This document shows, one piece after another, positions 1 to 9,121 of a DNA stretch of 64,000 nucleotides. The position numbers and the translations under genes are program-made. Source of the stretch: an uncultured Acidobacteriota bacterium (GTDB lineage Bacteria > Acidobacteriota > Vicinamibacteria > Fen-336); NCBI GenBank assembly GCA_963720545.1, contig OY970399.1, positions 1,792,001-1,856,000 of the forward strand. The letters are read 5' to 3'. The notes under the pieces were generated by a model, which was not told the origin of the DNA, made no database searches, and saw nothing but the letters and a program-made list of their open reading frames with translations. Position 1 is the stretch's first letter. Every line of letters begins with the position of its first letter.

Positions 1-392
1 GCATCGATCCAGCGCGCATTTACCTCACCGGCCACAGCATGGGCGGTTCCGGCGTCTGGTACGTCGCGCAGAAATACCCGCACCGCTTCGCCGCCATCGC
101 GCCGGTGGCCGGCGGGCAGGTGCCGCTCGCGTGGGCCGCGCGGCTTGGCGACACGCCGGTCTTCATCCTGCACGGCGACGAGGACGACCTGACACCGATC
201 CGCTACGCCCGCGAAATCGCCGGCGCGCTCGAGAAGGCCGGCCATGCGCCGCAATTCAGGGTGTTTCCCGGCGAAGGCCACGACATCCTGCATGTCTACG
301 AAGAGCCCGAGATCTATGACTTTTTCCGCGCCCACAGCCTGGCGGGCGCGCAGCACGCGGCGCCTGCGGAGGTCGTCGACCCGCGGCCTTGA
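1..392 (+). CDS. alpha/beta-hydrolase (phospholipase/carboxylesterase, predicted peptidase), 5'-truncated by window edge
   Basis: Frame from nt 3 reads IDPARIYLTGHSMGG (GxSxG nucleophile), later HGDEDD (Asp) and GEGH (His). Confidence 0.85.
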   Translation, partial: IDPARIYLTGHSMGGSGVWYVAQKYPHRFAAIAPVAGGQVPLAWAARLGDTPVFILHGDEDDLTPIRYAREIAGALEKAGHAPQFRVFPGEGHDILHVYEEPEIYDFFRAHSLAGAQHAAPAEVVDPRP

Positions 393-396
393 AACG

Positions 397-425
397 TTGA
401 CAGCCCAGGGCCCCGCCCATAACAT
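397..425 (+). promoter_or_regulatory. sigma70-type promoter TTGACA-N17-TAACAT for the 436-3243 operon
   Basis: TTGACA at 397-402, TAACAT at 420-425, ATG at 436. Confidence 0.7.
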
Positions 426-435
426 CGTGGGCCCA

Positions 436-690
436 ATGTTCCACCTCATAGGCCAGGCGTTTTTCGGACTGTGCGTCGGCATCATCGCCAAGATCCTGAT
501 GCCCGGGAAGGATCCCGGCGGCATCATCGTCACGGCGCTCATCGGCATGGCTGGCTCGCTCGTCGGCACGTTCGCCGGCCGCGCCCTCCTGCACAGCCCC
601 GAATACTCGGCCGGGTGGCCCGCGGCGATCGTCGGCGCCATCGCCATACTGCTCCTCTACCGCTTGTTCGGGGGCGGCAAGAAATCCTGA
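436..690 (+). CDS. GlsB/YeaQ/YmgE family (transglycosylase-associated) small membrane protein
   Basis: 84 aa; GIIAKILMPGKDPGGIIVTALIGMAGSLVG and AAIVGAIAILLLYR match the family pattern. Confidence 0.9.
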   Translation: MFHLIGQAFFGLCVGIIAKILMPGKDPGGIIVTALIGMAGSLVGTFAGRALLHSPEYSAGWPAAIVGAIAILLLYRLFGGGKKS

Positions 691-1340
691 GCGGCTTCGT
701 CGGCGCGTTCGCGGCCGCGCTGGCCGCGGCCGCCGCCGGTACCCTGTCTCAAGGACCGCCGATCGAGAAGGGGCCGTTTCGCAAGGCCGACCTCGTCGAG
801 TTGCAGCGGCTCGATGCCACCATCCGCCTCGACATCCGCTATGCCACCGCCAACAACTTCGTCGGCAGGCCGGTCTACGCCGAAGCGCGCGCGTTCCTGC
901 AGCGGCCGGCGGCCGAGGCCCTGCTGCGGGCGCACCGCGCGCTCGCGGCCAGCGGCTACGGGCTGCTGATCTTCGACGGCTACCGGCCGTGGCGGGTCAC
1001 GAAGCTCTTCTGGGACTCGGTGTCGGGCCGCAAGCGCGAGTTCGTCGCCGACCCGAAGAAGGGCTCGAAACACAACCGCGGCTGCGCCGTGGACCTGTCG
1101 CTCTACGACCTCGAGACGGGCGCGGAAGTGGCGATGCCGAGCGCCTACGACGAAATGACCGACCGCTCCGACCCCGCTTACGGCGGCGGCACCGCAGCGC
1201 AGTCGAAGGCCCGCGACCTGCTGCGCGGCGCGATGGAGGCACAGGGGTTCAGAGTCGAAGCGAACGAATGGTGGCATTTCAACTACCGGGACTGGCCCCG
1301 CTACCCCATCCTCGACGTCCCGTTCGACGCGATCCGCTAG
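687..1340 (+). CDS. ddpX: D-alanyl-D-alanine dipeptidase (peptidase M15D, VanX/DdpX family), probably exported
   Basis: IRYATANNF, DGYRP, SKHNRGCAVD (SxHxxGxAxD) and EWWHF motifs. Start placed at a CTG overlapping the upstream TGA; start uncertain. Confidence 0.9.
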   Translation: MSGFVGAFAAALAAAAAGTLSQGPPIEKGPFRKADLVELQRLDATIRLDIRYATANNFVGRPVYAEARAFLQRPAAEALLRAHRALAASGYGLLIFDGYRPWRVTKLFWDSVSGRKREFVADPKKGSKHNRGCAVDLSLYDLETGAEVAMPSAYDEMTDRSDPAYGGGTAAQSKARDLLRGAMEAQGFRVEANEWWHFNYRDWPRYPILDVPFDAIR

Positions 1341-1364
1341 ACTCTTTTCACGGAGGTTCCTTTC

Positions 1365-2009
1365 ATGGGCAAGATCGGTGTACTGGGCTGCCTCGGCATA
1401 GTCGTCGCGCTCGCGGTCGTCCTCGGGCTCGCTGCCATGGGCATCAACAACAACCTCGTCGGCCTCGGCCAGGGCGTCGATGCCCAGTGGGCGAACGTCG
1501 AGAACTCCTACCAGCGGCGCGCCGACCTCATCCCGAACCTGGTCTCGACGGTGCAGGGTGCCGCCAACTTCGAGCGCTCGACGCTCGAAGCGGTGGTGCA
1601 GGCGCGCGCCAGCGTCGGCCAGATGAAGGTCACGCCCGAGGTCCTGAACGACCCGGCCGCCTTCCAGCGTTTCCAGCAGTCGCAGGACGCTCTCTCCGGA
1701 GCGCTGCAGCGCCTGATGGTGGTGGTGGAGCAGTATCCCGACCTCAAGGCGAACGCGAACTTCCGCGACCTGCAGGCGCAGCTCGAGGGCACGGAAAACC
1801 GCATCGCCGTGGAGCGCGGCCGCTACAACGAGACGGCGCAGGCGTACAACACCACGCTCCTCAAGTTCCCGACCAACCTGTTCGCCCGCTTCCTGGGCTT
1901 CAAGGAGAAGGCGTATTTCCACTCCGCGGCCGGCGCCGACCAGGCGCCGAAGGTGAACTTCAACTTCGGCTCGCCGACGCCCGCGCCCGCGACCACGCCC
2001 GCGCAGTAG
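1365..2009 (+). CDS. lemA: LemA family protein
   Basis: N-terminal TM; YQRRADLIPNLV, YPDLKAN, LEGTENRIAVER, FPTNL; GGAGG RBS. Confidence 0.95.
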   Translation: MGKIGVLGCLGIVVALAVVLGLAAMGINNNLVGLGQGVDAQWANVENSYQRRADLIPNLVSTVQGAANFERSTLEAVVQARASVGQMKVTPEVLNDPAAFQRFQQSQDALSGALQRLMVVVEQYPDLKANANFRDLQAQLEGTENRIAVERGRYNETAQAYNTTLLKFPTNLFARFLGFKEKAYFHSAAGADQAPKVNFNFGSPTPAPATTPAQ

Positions 2010-2025
2010 TCGAGCAAGCGCGGCC

Positions 2026-2793
2026 GTGATCCGACGCCTCGCGGCGGCGGCGGCGATCCTGTTCGCCGTCGCCCCGCGGCTCGCCCTTTCCGCAGACGTC
2101 ATCCCGCCGAAGCCGCGGGCGTACTTCAACGACTACGCGTCGCTGTTGACGCCCGGGGACGCGCAGCGGCTCGACGCGAAGCTGCGCGAATTCGACCGCA
2201 CCACCTCGAGCCAGATCGTGGTCGCGATCTTTCCCGAGCTGCCCTCGCAGTCGCTCGAAGACTTCACGGTGCGCACCGCGCAGGCCTGGGGGGCCGGCAC
2301 CGCGAAGCAGGACAACGGTGCGATCCTGTTCGTTTTCCTCAAGGACCGGTTGATCCGCATCGAAACCGGCTACGGCCTGGAAGGCGCCCTGCCGGACGTG
2401 GTGGCGAAGCGGATCGTCGCCGACGAGATGGCGCCGCTGCTGCGCGCCGGCCAGCCTGGCGCCGCCATGGAACGCGCGATCGACGCGATGATGGCGGCGA
2501 CCCGGGGCGAGTACACGGCGGAAAACCGGCCGCCATCGCGCGTTGAGGGGCTGCTGCCGCTGCTCTTCATCCTCGTGATCATGGTGACGTTCCTGTGGCT
2601 CGCGCGCCGCGGCCACGGCTCGCGCACCTATCACCGCGGCGGCTACTGGAACTGGCCGGGAGGCGGCTGGGGCAGCGGCGGCGGCGGATTTTCCGGCGGG
2701 GGCTTCGGCGGCTTCGGCGGCGGTGGCGGCGGTGGTGGATTTTCCGGCGGCGGCGGTTCCTTCGGCGGCGGCGGCGCGTCGGGAAGCTGGTAG
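2026..2793 (+). CDS. TPM domain protein (YgcG-like) with TM helix and Gly-rich tail
   Basis: Signal peptide, DNGAILFV, RIETGYGLEGALPD, C-terminal GGGSFGGGGASGSW. Confidence 0.92.
   Translation: MIRRLAAAAAILFAVAPRLALSADVIPPKPRAYFNDYASLLTPGDAQRLDAKLREFDRTTSSQIVVAIFPELPSQSLEDFTVRTAQAWGAGTAKQDNGAILFVFLKDRLIRIETGYGLEGALPDVVAKRIVADEMAPLLRAGQPGAAMERAIDAMMAATRGEYTAENRPPSRVEGLLPLLFILVIMVTFLWLARRGHGSRTYHRGGYWNWPGGGWGSGGGGFSGGGFGGFGGGGGGGGFSGGGGSFGGGGASGSW
2641..2790 (+). repeat. low-complexity GGC-rich tract encoding the Gly-rich tail of the TPM protein
   Basis: Repeated ggcggcggc and tttccggcgg units encoding (GGGF/S)n. Confidence 0.8.
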
Positions 2794-2796
2794 ACC

Positions 2797-3243
2797 ATGA
2801 ACACCAACGAATTCATCCACGACCTCGACCAGCGGCGCATCGTCGCCGCGATCCGTGAAGCGGAGTCCCGGAGCCGCGGCGAGATCCGCGTGCACATCGA
2901 CTCGCACGCGGTCGCCGACCCGCGCCCGGCCGCGTTCACGATTTTCCAGAAGCTCGGCATCGCCAACACCGCCGCAAAGAACGGCGTCCTGATCTTCATC
3001 GCCCCGCAGACCACGCGCTTCGCGGTCATGGGCGACACCGCGATCGACGACCTGGTCGGCGAATCGTTCTGGGTCGAGTGCGCGGAATCGCTCGAAGGCT
3101 CATTCGCCGGCGGCGACTACACCAAAGGCATCGTCTCGGTCATCGAGAAGGTCGGCAGAGCGCTCGCCACTCACTTCCCCCGCCGCCCCGGCGAGGAGGA
3201 CGAGAACGAGCTCCCGGACTCGATCTCGACGAGCTGGTCCTAG
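2797..3243 (+). CDS. TPM domain protein (short type)
   Basis: AIREAESRSRGEIRVHI, NGVLIFIA, DENELPD; usual third gene of lemA-TPM-TPM operons. Confidence 0.9.
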   Translation: MNTNEFIHDLDQRRIVAAIREAESRSRGEIRVHIDSHAVADPRPAAFTIFQKLGIANTAAKNGVLIFIAPQTTRFAVMGDTAIDDLVGESFWVECAESLEGSFAGGDYTKGIVSVIEKVGRALATHFPRRPGEEDENELPDSISTSWS

Positions 3244-4043
3244 CGGCCCTTCCTGACGGTGGCCGCGGCGATGTTGTCGATGACCCCTGGGGCCACGAGC
3301 TTGACGAAGCGGCCGAGCTTGCCCTTCAGCGTCATGGTGAGCTGGCGCTGCCGCTTCGCCATCGCCGGCACGATGGCGGCCGCGCATTCGGCGGCGGTCA
3401 TGAGCTTGTCTTCCTGCATCGTGCTGTGGCCGAGCTCCCGGCCGTCGTTGCCGATCGCGCGGCGGTGGATCTCGGACTGCACGTAGTAAGGGGCGATCAT
3501 AGTCACCGCGACGCCGCTGCCGCGCAGCTCGATGCGCAGCGAATCGAAGAAGCCGAAGAGCGCGTGCTTCGAGGCGGAGTAGGCGGTGCGCGTCGGCACC
3601 CCTGTCAGGCCGGCGAGGCTCGCGACCGTCACGATCTGGCCGCGGCTCTTCTTGAGGTGCGGCAGCGCGTAGTAGGTCGGGTAGACGCAGCCGAGGTAGT
3701 TCACCTTCATGATGCGCTCGTATACGGAGAGGTCGGTGGTCTCGTCGAAGCGGGCGATCTGGCCGATGCCGGCGTTGTTGAGCAGCACGTCGAGGGCGCC
3801 GAAGCGGGCCACGGCCTGTTCGACGAGGTTGCGGCACGACGCTTCGACGGCGACATCCACCGGCACGACGGCGGTCGCGGCACCCTTTGCGGCGCATTCC
3901 GCCGCCACCAGCTCGAGAGCCGCGTGGTCGCGTGCAGCCAGCACCAGGCGCGGCTTCTGCACGGCGAGCGCCAGGCAAAGGGCCTTGCCGATGCCCTGCG
4001 ACGCCCCGGTCACCACCACGACCTTGTCCTGGTAAACGCTCAC
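3240..4043 (-). CDS. short-chain dehydrogenase/reductase (SDR)
   Basis: GTG start after GGAGG; TGASQGIG, NNAG, YSASK motifs. Confidence 0.92.
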   Translation of the reverse strand: MSVYQDKVVVVTGASQGIGKALCLALAVQKPRLVLAARDHAALELVAAECAAKGAATAVVPVDVAVEASCRNLVEQAVARFGALDVLLNNAGIGQIARFDETTDLSVYERIMKVNYLGCVYPTYYALPHLKKSRGQIVTVASLAGLTGVPTRTAYSASKHALFGFFDSLRIELRGSGVAVTMIAPYYVQSEIHRRAIGNDGRELGHSTMQEDKLMTAAECAAAIVPAMAKRQRQLTMTLKGKLGRFVKLVAPGVIDNIAAATVRKGR

Positions 4044-4082
4044 CTGTCGCCTCCGGGTCATGAGTGTAATGTCGATGCGAGG

Positions 4083-4448
4083 ATGCCGTCGACCGAAGGA
4101 GCGTTCGCGAGGCTGCGGGACGTCTGGCGCCGCAGGACCACGCGCCCGCTCGACGAAACCACGGCCTGGGCGTGCCTGGTCGCGAACCTGCTGCTGTGGC
4201 CCGGCCTGGGCGGCGCGGCGCTGCGCGAGACGGACGGCTTCCTGCAGATGCTCCTCAGCTTTGCCGCGGGCGTGGTCGCCATCGTCTCGGGCGTGCGCAT
4301 CATCGCCGGTGCCCTCGGCGGCGGCGATCCCGACACGCTCTGGCCGCTGCTGCGCGCCATGACGTTGGGGCTCGGCGCCTTCGCGCTGGTCTGGCTGTGG
4401 GCGCTCGTCTCGAGCCTGCGCCTGGTGCGCGAGTCGAAGACGCGTTAG
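4083..4448 (+). CDS. hypothetical membrane protein (about 3 TM)
   Basis: 121 aa filling the gap between SDR and DDAH; three hydrophobic segments; stop overlaps the DDAH stop. Confidence 0.65.
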   Translation: MPSTEGAFARLRDVWRRRTTRPLDETTAWACLVANLLLWPGLGGAALRETDGFLQMLLSFAAGVVAIVSGVRIIAGALGGGDPDTLWPLLRAMTLGLGAFALVWLWALVSSLRLVRESKTR

Positions 4449-5242
4449 GCGGCTTCGGGGCCGCCCACCGGATGGGCGAAGATCAGGCTCTTGCAGGTGA
4501 CGGCGGCTTCGGCCTTGATGAACTCGGAGACGTCCACCGTCACCACCCGGTGGCCGCGCGCCTCCAGCAGGTCGCGGGTGCGCGGGTAGCCGGAGTGCGC
4601 CAGCAGCGACGGGCCGATGCGCGCCACGTTGGCGCCACCCTCCTCGCCGCGCGGCACGTCCACGACCTCGATGTCGGCGCCGAGCGCCACGGCATCGAAC
4701 CACGCGCGGTTGGCGAGCACGGTGTCGTTGTCGATGGCGGTGACGGCGCTCTTCAGGTGCAGGCAGCCGGAGACCTCCACCGCGGTGACGACGTAGCCGC
4801 GGCTTTGCACCAGGCTGCGCAGCGACTGGATGCCCTCGTCGGTGGTGCGCTGCGTGCGCCCGACGAAGATGCGCTTGCCCATCACCAGCACGTCGCCGCC
4901 GTCGAGCGTGCCGGGCGGGCCGATTGCCGCGATCACGGCGCGAAACGGCGACAGCGCGTCGCCCACCGACGACGACTCGCCGCGGCGCGAGACCGCACCC
5001 ATGCGCGTCAGCACCGCCAGCTCGTCGAACACCAGTGCCGCGTCCTCGACAAAGCAGGCGTCGGCGTGGCCTGGCAGCGCCGGCATGCGGATGACCTCGA
5101 CGCCCAGCGAGCGCAGCGCGTCGCAGTAGGCGTTGTGCTGCGCCGCGGCCAGCTCGATGTCGATCGGTTCGCGCTCGCGGTAGGTGAGCTCGCACGACGT
5201 CGCCAGCTCCGGCGAGACGTCCCTGGTCAGCGCGAGGATCAT
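4445..5242 (-). CDS. dimethylarginine dimethylaminohydrolase (DDAH, pentein family)
   Basis: DACFVED, RRGE, LDGGDV, HLKS and C-terminal VTC catalytic Cys. Confidence 0.9.
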   Translation of the reverse strand: MILALTRDVSPELATSCELTYREREPIDIELAAAQHNAYCDALRSLGVEVIRMPALPGHADACFVEDAALVFDELAVLTRMGAVSRRGESSSVGDALSPFRAVIAAIGPPGTLDGGDVLVMGKRIFVGRTQRTTDEGIQSLRSLVQSRGYVVTAVEVSGCLHLKSAVTAIDNDTVLANRAWFDAVALGADIEVVDVPRGEEGGANVARIGPSLLAHSGYPRTRDLLEARGHRVVTVDVSEFIKAEAAVTCKSLIFAHPVGGPEAA

Positions 5243-5278
5243 GGGAGTGCCAGATTGTAGCTGCTAGCATTCGCTTTC

Positions 5279-6388
5279 GTGACCGACATCGGCGTGACCA
5301 TCGTCGGCGGCGGTGTCGTCGGCCTCGCCATCGCCGCGCGTCTCGCGCCGCGGCATCCCGATCTGGTGCTGGTGGAGCGCCGCGCGCGCCACGGACAGGA
5401 AACCTCGAGCCGCAACAGCGAGGTGATCCACGGCGGCATGTACTACCCCACCGGCTCGCTCAAGGCGCGGCTGTGCGTCGCGGGTTGCGCGCGCCTCTAT
5501 GAGATCGCCGACCGCCACTCGTTGCCGCACGCGCGCCTCGGCAAGTTCATCACCGCCGCGGACCGGGCGGAACTGGGGGCGCTCGAGGACATCTACGCGC
5601 GCGGCACCGCCAACGGCGTCGTCCTGGAACGGCTGAGCGCGGCGCAGACGCTGGCGCGCGAGCCGAACATCCGCAGCGCGGGATCGCTCTGGTCGCCCAA
5701 TTCCGGCGTCATCTCGGCCCACGACCTCATGGACCATTTCGCCGGCGCGGCGCGGCGTGCCGGCGCCACCTTCCTCTTCAACGCCACGCTCACAGAGCTC
5801 GAGCGCCGCGGCGGAGACTACCGCGTCGCGCTGCAGACGCCGGACGGCGCGGAATCGTTCACCAGCGAGCGCGTCATCAACGCCGCCGGACTCGACGCGG
5901 ACACGGTCGCGGCCCTCGCCGGCATCGACGTGGCGGCCGCGGACTACAGGCTGCACTGGTGCAAGGGCAGCTACTTCTCCGTGGGTGGCGCGCTCGCGAA
6001 GGTGGTGCGTTCGCTCATCTACCCCGTGCCGGACCGGATCAGCCTCGGCGTGCACGCGTTGCCCGACCTCGCCGGCCGGCTGCGCTTCGGGCCGGACACC
6101 GAGTACTTAACGGAGCGGCGCCAGGACTACCGGGTCCGCGACGACAAGCGCGCGGCCTTCGCGCGCTCGGTGCGGCGCATCGTGCCCCAGGTGCGCGACG
6201 AGGATCTCACGGCCGACACCAGCGGCATCCGCGCCAAGCTGCAGGGCCCGAACGACCCGCACCGCGACTTCGTGATCCGCGACGAGGCGGACCGTGGCCT
6301 GCCGGGGTTCATCAACCTGGTCGGCATCGACTCGCCGGGCCTGACGTCGTCGCCCGCGATCGCCGACCACGTGGCGGCGCTGCTGTAG
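5279..6388 (+). CDS. FAD-dependent oxidoreductase, L-2-hydroxyglutarate oxidase (LhgO)-like
   Basis: GGGVVG, ETSSRNSEVIHGG, INAAGL, KGSYF, GIDSPGLTSS. Confidence 0.88.
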   Translation: MTDIGVTIVGGGVVGLAIAARLAPRHPDLVLVERRARHGQETSSRNSEVIHGGMYYPTGSLKARLCVAGCARLYEIADRHSLPHARLGKFITAADRAELGALEDIYARGTANGVVLERLSAAQTLAREPNIRSAGSLWSPNSGVISAHDLMDHFAGAARRAGATFLFNATLTELERRGGDYRVALQTPDGAESFTSERVINAAGLDADTVAALAGIDVAAADYRLHWCKGSYFSVGGALAKVVRSLIYPVPDRISLGVHALPDLAGRLRFGPDTEYLTERRQDYRVRDDKRAAFARSVRRIVPQVRDEDLTADTSGIRAKLQGPNDPHRDFVIRDEADRGLPGFINLVGIDSPGLTSSPAIADHVAALL

Positions 6389-6399
6389 CGCCGCTTCGC

Positions 6400-9090
6400 C
6401 TACTTGCCGCGCGGGCGGCTCAGCAGGTTCGCCAGCAAACGGTAGGCGCCCGGCGTCCCTGCGGGCAGCTGCCGCCACAGGCCGAGGCCGACGTAGGTCC
6501 ACGTGCCCTTGCCGAGCGCCGCTTCTGTGAGGATGCCCTTCTTCTCGCCGGGGTTCTTTGCAAAGGGATCCGCCGCAGCAAGCAGTTCCTTGTAGTGAGA
6601 ATCCTTCGCGCCGAAGAAATACAGCCCGCGCTCCTGCACCCAGCCACCGAAGTCGGCGGCGCCGATGGCGTTGGGCGTGGTGAACACCTCGTCCTTCGGG
6701 TCGAGGATTATCATCGGCGCGTCCTCGAGCGTGACCCGCTCGCCCGTGACCACCGCCGGATACGGGGCGTAGGGGCTCACCTCCGCCTTCACCCCGCCGA
6801 GCTCGTTGAACTCGAACTTGTTGTACTGCACCACCACGTTGCCGCCGTTCTTCGCGTAGTCGAGCAGGCGGCTGTTTGCGGCGACGAGGTCCTTGCGCGT
6901 CTGGTACGCGCGGATGCCGGTGACGATCGTCGTGTAGCGGCTGAGATCGCCGTAGGCGAGGTCGTCGGCCGAGAGGAACACGACCGGCAGGCCCAGCTGT
7001 TCGATGGCCGGCGGCACCTCGTCGCCGGCGCCGCGGATGTAAGCCACCTTCGCGAGCGGGTCCACCTTGACGTCCAGGACCTCGAGCCGCGCGCTTGCCG
7101 GGTGGAACAGGTGGCGCTCCTGGATGTGGTCGTAGGCGATCACCTGGTAGCCCTCGGTGTACTGCTTCTCCGCGGCCGTCACCACCGCCTTCACCTCGAG
7201 CGCGCCGGGCTTGCGCGCCAGCGGCGCGCTCACCGTGAAGCGCGTCACCGACTCCTCGCCCTCGAAGCGCAGCTCAACCTCGCGAGACGACGGCTCCACC
7301 TTGTAGCCGGGCGGCGCCTCGAGCTTCACCTCGGCGCTCAGCGGCTGCTTCGAATTGTTCAGCACCTTGACGCGGAACTCGCGCTTCGCGTCGCGCCCGA
7401 CGGCCGGGAGCACCGCGAGCTCGGGGGTCATCGACACCGACAGCACCGGCACCACGTTCAGGACCTTCTGCTTCTCGCCGCCCACCCACCGTCCTTCGTA
7501 GCGGATCATCGCGGGACGAACGAGTGTCGCGGCGGTGCCCGCCGCCTTGTAGGCAACGCGCAGCTGCACGTCGGGCGGGCTCCACGGCAACGGGAAGTCG
7601 GCCGGCACTTCGAGGTCCCAGCGGTCGGCGGCCGGGTTGCGCTTCCAGTAGGGCTGCGAAAAGCGCGCATCCGCAGCGACCGTCACCGTGAACTTGACCT
7701 CGGCGGAGGCGCCTGACGTGAGCGATGCCGGCAGCTCGCTGGCGCGCACCACGGTCCAGCCTGCGGGCGTCGTGAGCGCGACGTCGTCGAGCCCCATGTC
7801 TTCGGCGCCACGGTTCCAGACGCGGGCCGTGACGCCGAACGTCTGGCCAGGCGTCACGTCGCCGTCGTCGGCGATCGCCTCGATGTAGAGCCCCTGCGCC
7901 AGTGTCAGCGCCTTGCTGAAGTCCGCCTCCTTCCAGCGCAACCGGTCGCGCAGCTCAGCCTTGGCGTAGTCCGACAGCGCGCTCTGCTCGACGTACGCGA
8001 GCAGTTCGCGCACCGCGCGCAGGCCGGTGGCGAGCGCCGCGGTGGTGCGCTGCGGCGCGCGCTGGTCGAAGGCGGCGCCGGCCTTGGCGGCCGCCTGTTC
8101 CACGGTCGCGAGCCCGTCGGCGACGCGCCGCTCCTTCACGTACGCAAAGCGCGCGAGCGATGCGAGGCTCGTGTCGATGCCTTCAAAAAGGTCGAGGTCG
8201 CCGCTGCCGCCGGTGACCGAAGGTTCCGCGTCCACCAGCCGATAGACCGCATCGGTGCCGCCCCAGAAGCCGCGCTTCGGCTCGATGCCGAGGGGCACCA
8301 CCTGGCCGCTGCCCTGGCACTTGTGGGCGGTGCGCGAGAGCATGCCGTACTGGAAGTAGGTCGCGCCGAGGAGCGGGTCGTAGTCGCCGGTCGCAACCTT
8401 CGCGGTCACGCCCGCCTGGGCGTCCGCGGTGCCGCCGCCAACCCCGCCCTGGTAGATCTTGGCCGCCTGCCAGGGCCGCAGCCCGGCGGCGATCTGCTCG
8501 GGGAACCGTGCCGGATTGGCCGCGGCGCGAAACGCCTCGCGCGCCAGCTGCGCCGACGCCTGGTGGTGCTGTCCGCCGCCCTCGGCTTCGAGCGGCAGCG
8601 TCAGGATCACGTCGGGCCGGTACATGCGGATGACCTGGACGACGTCGCCGAGGATTTCTTCCTTGCCCCACTTCTCGAAGGTCTCCTCGACGCTGAACGA
8701 GTAGCCGAACTCGTAGGCGCGCGAGAAGTATTGCGCGGCGCCGTCGTAGCGATGCAGGTTCATGAGCTCTTCGGTGCGCAGGATGCCGAGCGCCTGGAAC
8801 AGCTCCGGGCCGATCTCGTTCTGGCCGCCGTCGCCGCGCGTCAGCGTCAGGAGCGCGGTGTCCATGCCGCGGCCGCGGTTCAGCTTGACGAGCACCGGGT
8901 TGTTCTCGTCGTCGGGATGCGCGGTGACGTAGAGGACGCGGCCGGTCGCCGAAAGGTGGCGCAGGGCGAGGCCGAGGCCGGTCGATCCCTGGTCCTGTGC
9001 GAGCGGCTCGAGCTGCGCCCACGACGTGGCGGGCGCGCCCGCGCAGCAGAAGAAAAGGAGCACACCCAGGGCCGGGATCCGTCTCAACAT
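6400..9090 (-). CDS. exported PIG-L/LmbE family deacetylase with NEW3/Ig-like and C-terminal GATase-like regions
   Basis: Signal peptide; AHPDDE, TRGDGGQN, GQHHQAS; WVQERGLYF near the C-terminus. Start moved to ATG 9090. Confidence 0.88.
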   Translation of the reverse strand: MLRRIPALGVLLFFCCAGAPATSWAQLEPLAQDQGSTGLGLALRHLSATGRVLYVTAHPDDENNPVLVKLNRGRGMDTALLTLTRGDGGQNEIGPELFQALGILRTEELMNLHRYDGAAQYFSRAYEFGYSFSVEETFEKWGKEEILGDVVQVIRMYRPDVILTLPLEAEGGGQHHQASAQLAREAFRAAANPARFPEQIAAGLRPWQAAKIYQGGVGGGTADAQAGVTAKVATGDYDPLLGATYFQYGMLSRTAHKCQGSGQVVPLGIEPKRGFWGGTDAVYRLVDAEPSVTGGSGDLDLFEGIDTSLASLARFAYVKERRVADGLATVEQAAAKAGAAFDQRAPQRTTAALATGLRAVRELLAYVEQSALSDYAKAELRDRLRWKEADFSKALTLAQGLYIEAIADDGDVTPGQTFGVTARVWNRGAEDMGLDDVALTTPAGWTVVRASELPASLTSGASAEVKFTVTVAADARFSQPYWKRNPAADRWDLEVPADFPLPWSPPDVQLRVAYKAAGTAATLVRPAMIRYEGRWVGGEKQKVLNVVPVLSVSMTPELAVLPAVGRDAKREFRVKVLNNSKQPLSAEVKLEAPPGYKVEPSSREVELRFEGEESVTRFTVSAPLARKPGALEVKAVVTAAEKQYTEGYQVIAYDHIQERHLFHPASARLEVLDVKVDPLAKVAYIRGAGDEVPPAIEQLGLPVVFLSADDLAYGDLSRYTTIVTGIRAYQTRKDLVAANSRLLDYAKNGGNVVVQYNKFEFNELGGVKAEVSPYAPYPAVVTGERVTLEDAPMIILDPKDEVFTTPNAIGAADFGGWVQERGLYFFGAKDSHYKELLAAADPFAKNPGEKKGILTEAALGKGTWTYVGLGLWRQLPAGTPGAYRLLANLLSRPRGK

Positions 9091-9121
9091 GTTCCTGTCT
9101 CCAAAGCCAGGTTTGCTGCTG

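Noticed and set aside
687..1340. Vancomycin resistance (vanX) cluster
   Set aside because: No vanH, vanA or vanRS nearby; the protein looks like a housekeeping exported dipeptidase.
2641..2790. GGC-rich repeat as CRISPR or VNTR
   Set aside because: Encodes the normal Gly-rich tail of a TPM protein; no repeat-spacer structure.
3240..5270. Extended ORF-track starts (3240-5270, 12887-15895, 17272-19599, 21599-24232, 51214-53028, 59011-61815, 60072-62744) suggesting fusions
   Set aside because: The extensions run through neighbouring genes in non-coding frames; real starts have RBS or stop/start overlaps downstream.
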